DNA from: Eledone cirrhosa
Taxonomy: Eukaryota
NCBI GenBank assembly: GCA_964016885.1
Contig: OZ024751.1
Coordinates: 44,764,001-44,828,000, forward strand
DNA length: 64,000 nucleotides
Direction of reading: 5' to 3'
In this document: positions 62,000 to 64,000 of the stretch, piece after piece
How the letters are laid out: each line of letters starts with the position of its first letter
How positions within the stretch are numbered: the first letter of the stretch is position 1
Made by a program: the position numbers and the translations under genes
Notes under the pieces: generated by a model
The model's input: the letters and a program-made list of their open reading frames with translations, nothing else
Databases searched by the model: none
Told to the model about the DNA's origin: nothing

Positions 62000-62782
62000 T
62001 ATTTCCTTTCTATAGGACATACGTCCGACGGTCCGCAAATATAATGCCAACTACCAGCTCGTATGAGTTATGGCCGTTAAAGTGACCCACACGTGAACCG
62101 GCCGCAAGTGAAAGCGGGAATATTACAGACTTGTTGATGGCTTGGCTGCTAAAAAATTGCAGTAAGCAACAACGAATTTTTTCTCTACATAGATTGGAGA
62201 ATGTATAAAAATGAGGTAAATATCTCACTGAGTACTAAGTACCCATAGAGATATTTTAAATTTATTTAAAGGATTGTTTAATGTTTGTTTGTTCTGCTCA
62301 TCAATTTTTATAGTTCTGGTATCTCGAATTAGTACCATAGAACAACAATTATATTATAGACACCCTATATATCTCTATGGGTACTTAGTACTCAGTGAGA
62401 TATTTACCTCATTTATATATATATATATATATATATACAGACATGTTGGTGTATGTATGCGGGACCACGTGATACATTTTGCAGTAGGGGACTGTTGGAA
62501 TATTAGAAAGCGCTAGAGTGATAGCTGATGCTGAGTTTGAATTCCATCGACGGTGACTTCTTGGCTTCCACTGAAATTATATTGCGTGTTGTTTGATATA
62601 AACTATGAAAAGGTTTTTACTGGAAGCAGAAAGACGTTGTTTCGGGCTTTTTGTTGAGGGAAATTGAGGCATGTTTTTTTATGTGAAGAGGGAAACGGAC
62701 TTTCACAAAAGAGCGTGGTTTTTATTTTTAGGATCTATAAATATTCTTTTCATTAATCTGTCATGTTTGTCGTGGTGTATCT

Positions 62783-62816
<34 letters not shown>

Positions 62817-63381
62817 GTTTACCTGTCTATATTTATCTATCTATCCATCTCCCTCACACAATAGCAGAACGTCTATGAGAAAGAGGCAGAGACATTTGTT
62901 AGTAAAGTCGTAAGAATTAGACAGAAATAGAAACAAAAAAAATAAATCCGACATAAATTTTATAAAAAGCTAGGCAGGGAAAATAAATATATGGAGACAC
63001 AGCAACAAGATATATATAAATATATTTATTTATAAATGTTTATGCTTGTGGTTATTCTTTCTTTATTGTGGTCATACCAGCTGATCAGTGGTGTGTTCAA
63101 TGTTCTTTTAATTGATATAAAACCTGGAGGGGGGCGGTTAATCGCCATTTTAATCGTCTTACATGTCGGCAAATTTCTCTTTTCTGGTGGAGTGTTTACA
63201 ATTGAAACCTAAACCTTCCAATACGACATTTATAGGAAGAAAGAAGAAGGAGAAAACACCGAGATGTATAGAAATGAAATCACGCCTATTTTCAATTGAG
63301 CAGAGACACTTCCAAAACAGTGGAGAATCCCGAAACACACGTATAACAAGTTGAGAATAATAATAATAATAATAATAATAA

Positions 63382-63489
<108 letters not shown>

Positions 63490-63844
63490 CAATAAACGAA
63501 ATCTAAAGTGGCTTTTAAAATTTAAAAAAATAGAAGAAGAAGAAGAAGAAGAAGAAGAAGAAGAAGAAGAAGAAGAAGAAGAAGAAGAAGAAGAAGAAGA
63601 AGAAATTCAAGAATAAAATAATAATTAGATTAATAACAACAACAACAACAACAATATTCCCCATAATATTTCTTTATATTAAAAAAAACTAAAACTAATA
63701 TTGACAGAAGGCATTTGTACTCATTTCTATATATTTCGCTGTTTCTGACTCTCCGTTAGTTCTTGTCTATTTAATGTGGCTTGCACTCAACAACTAATGA
63801 AAGAGAAGCGGCTTTGCTTTTTCTTACACAATACATTAATGTTT

Positions 63845-63921
<77 letters not shown>

Positions 63922-63938
63922 GTGTGTGTGTGCGTATG

Positions 63939-63992
<54 letters not shown>

Positions 63993-64000
63993 CACACACA

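Overview
AT-rich, microsatellite-saturated animal DNA, probably from an octopod cephalopod (inferred from the dominant tRNA-derived SINE, RTE/Tx1 LINEs and (TA)n density). Nearly all of the ORF track is translated microsatellite. The only long real ORF is a 5'-truncated Penelope-like element (PLE) at ~8.46-12.01 kb. It encodes RT plus a C-terminal GIY-YIG endonuclease with Hydra-clade-like Cys motifs, has one in-frame TGA, and carries an inverted pseudo-LTR with a minimal type I hammerhead ribozyme (HHR). Hand-reading both strands gave HHR-like motifs at about 20 loci from roughly 10 or more sequence families. Most lie in short fold-back or partial-tandem non-coding elements inserted in (TA)n. 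Many share a palindromic helix III, a C.C mismatch in helix II, long helix II extensions, inversion points at the ribozyme, or an ACTC..GAGT tail motif. One ~0.9 kb element looks retrozyme-like, with its 5' end 4 nt from the predicted cleavage site. Also present: about 30 copies of one tRNA-SINE, RTE, Tx1, Vingi-like and CRE-like LINE fragments, a non-autonomous RTE derivative with a candidate HDV-like ribozyme, a Tc1/mariner MITE, a Helentron-type element and minisatellites. No host gene can be called confidently. All RNA folds are hand-derived, not computed.
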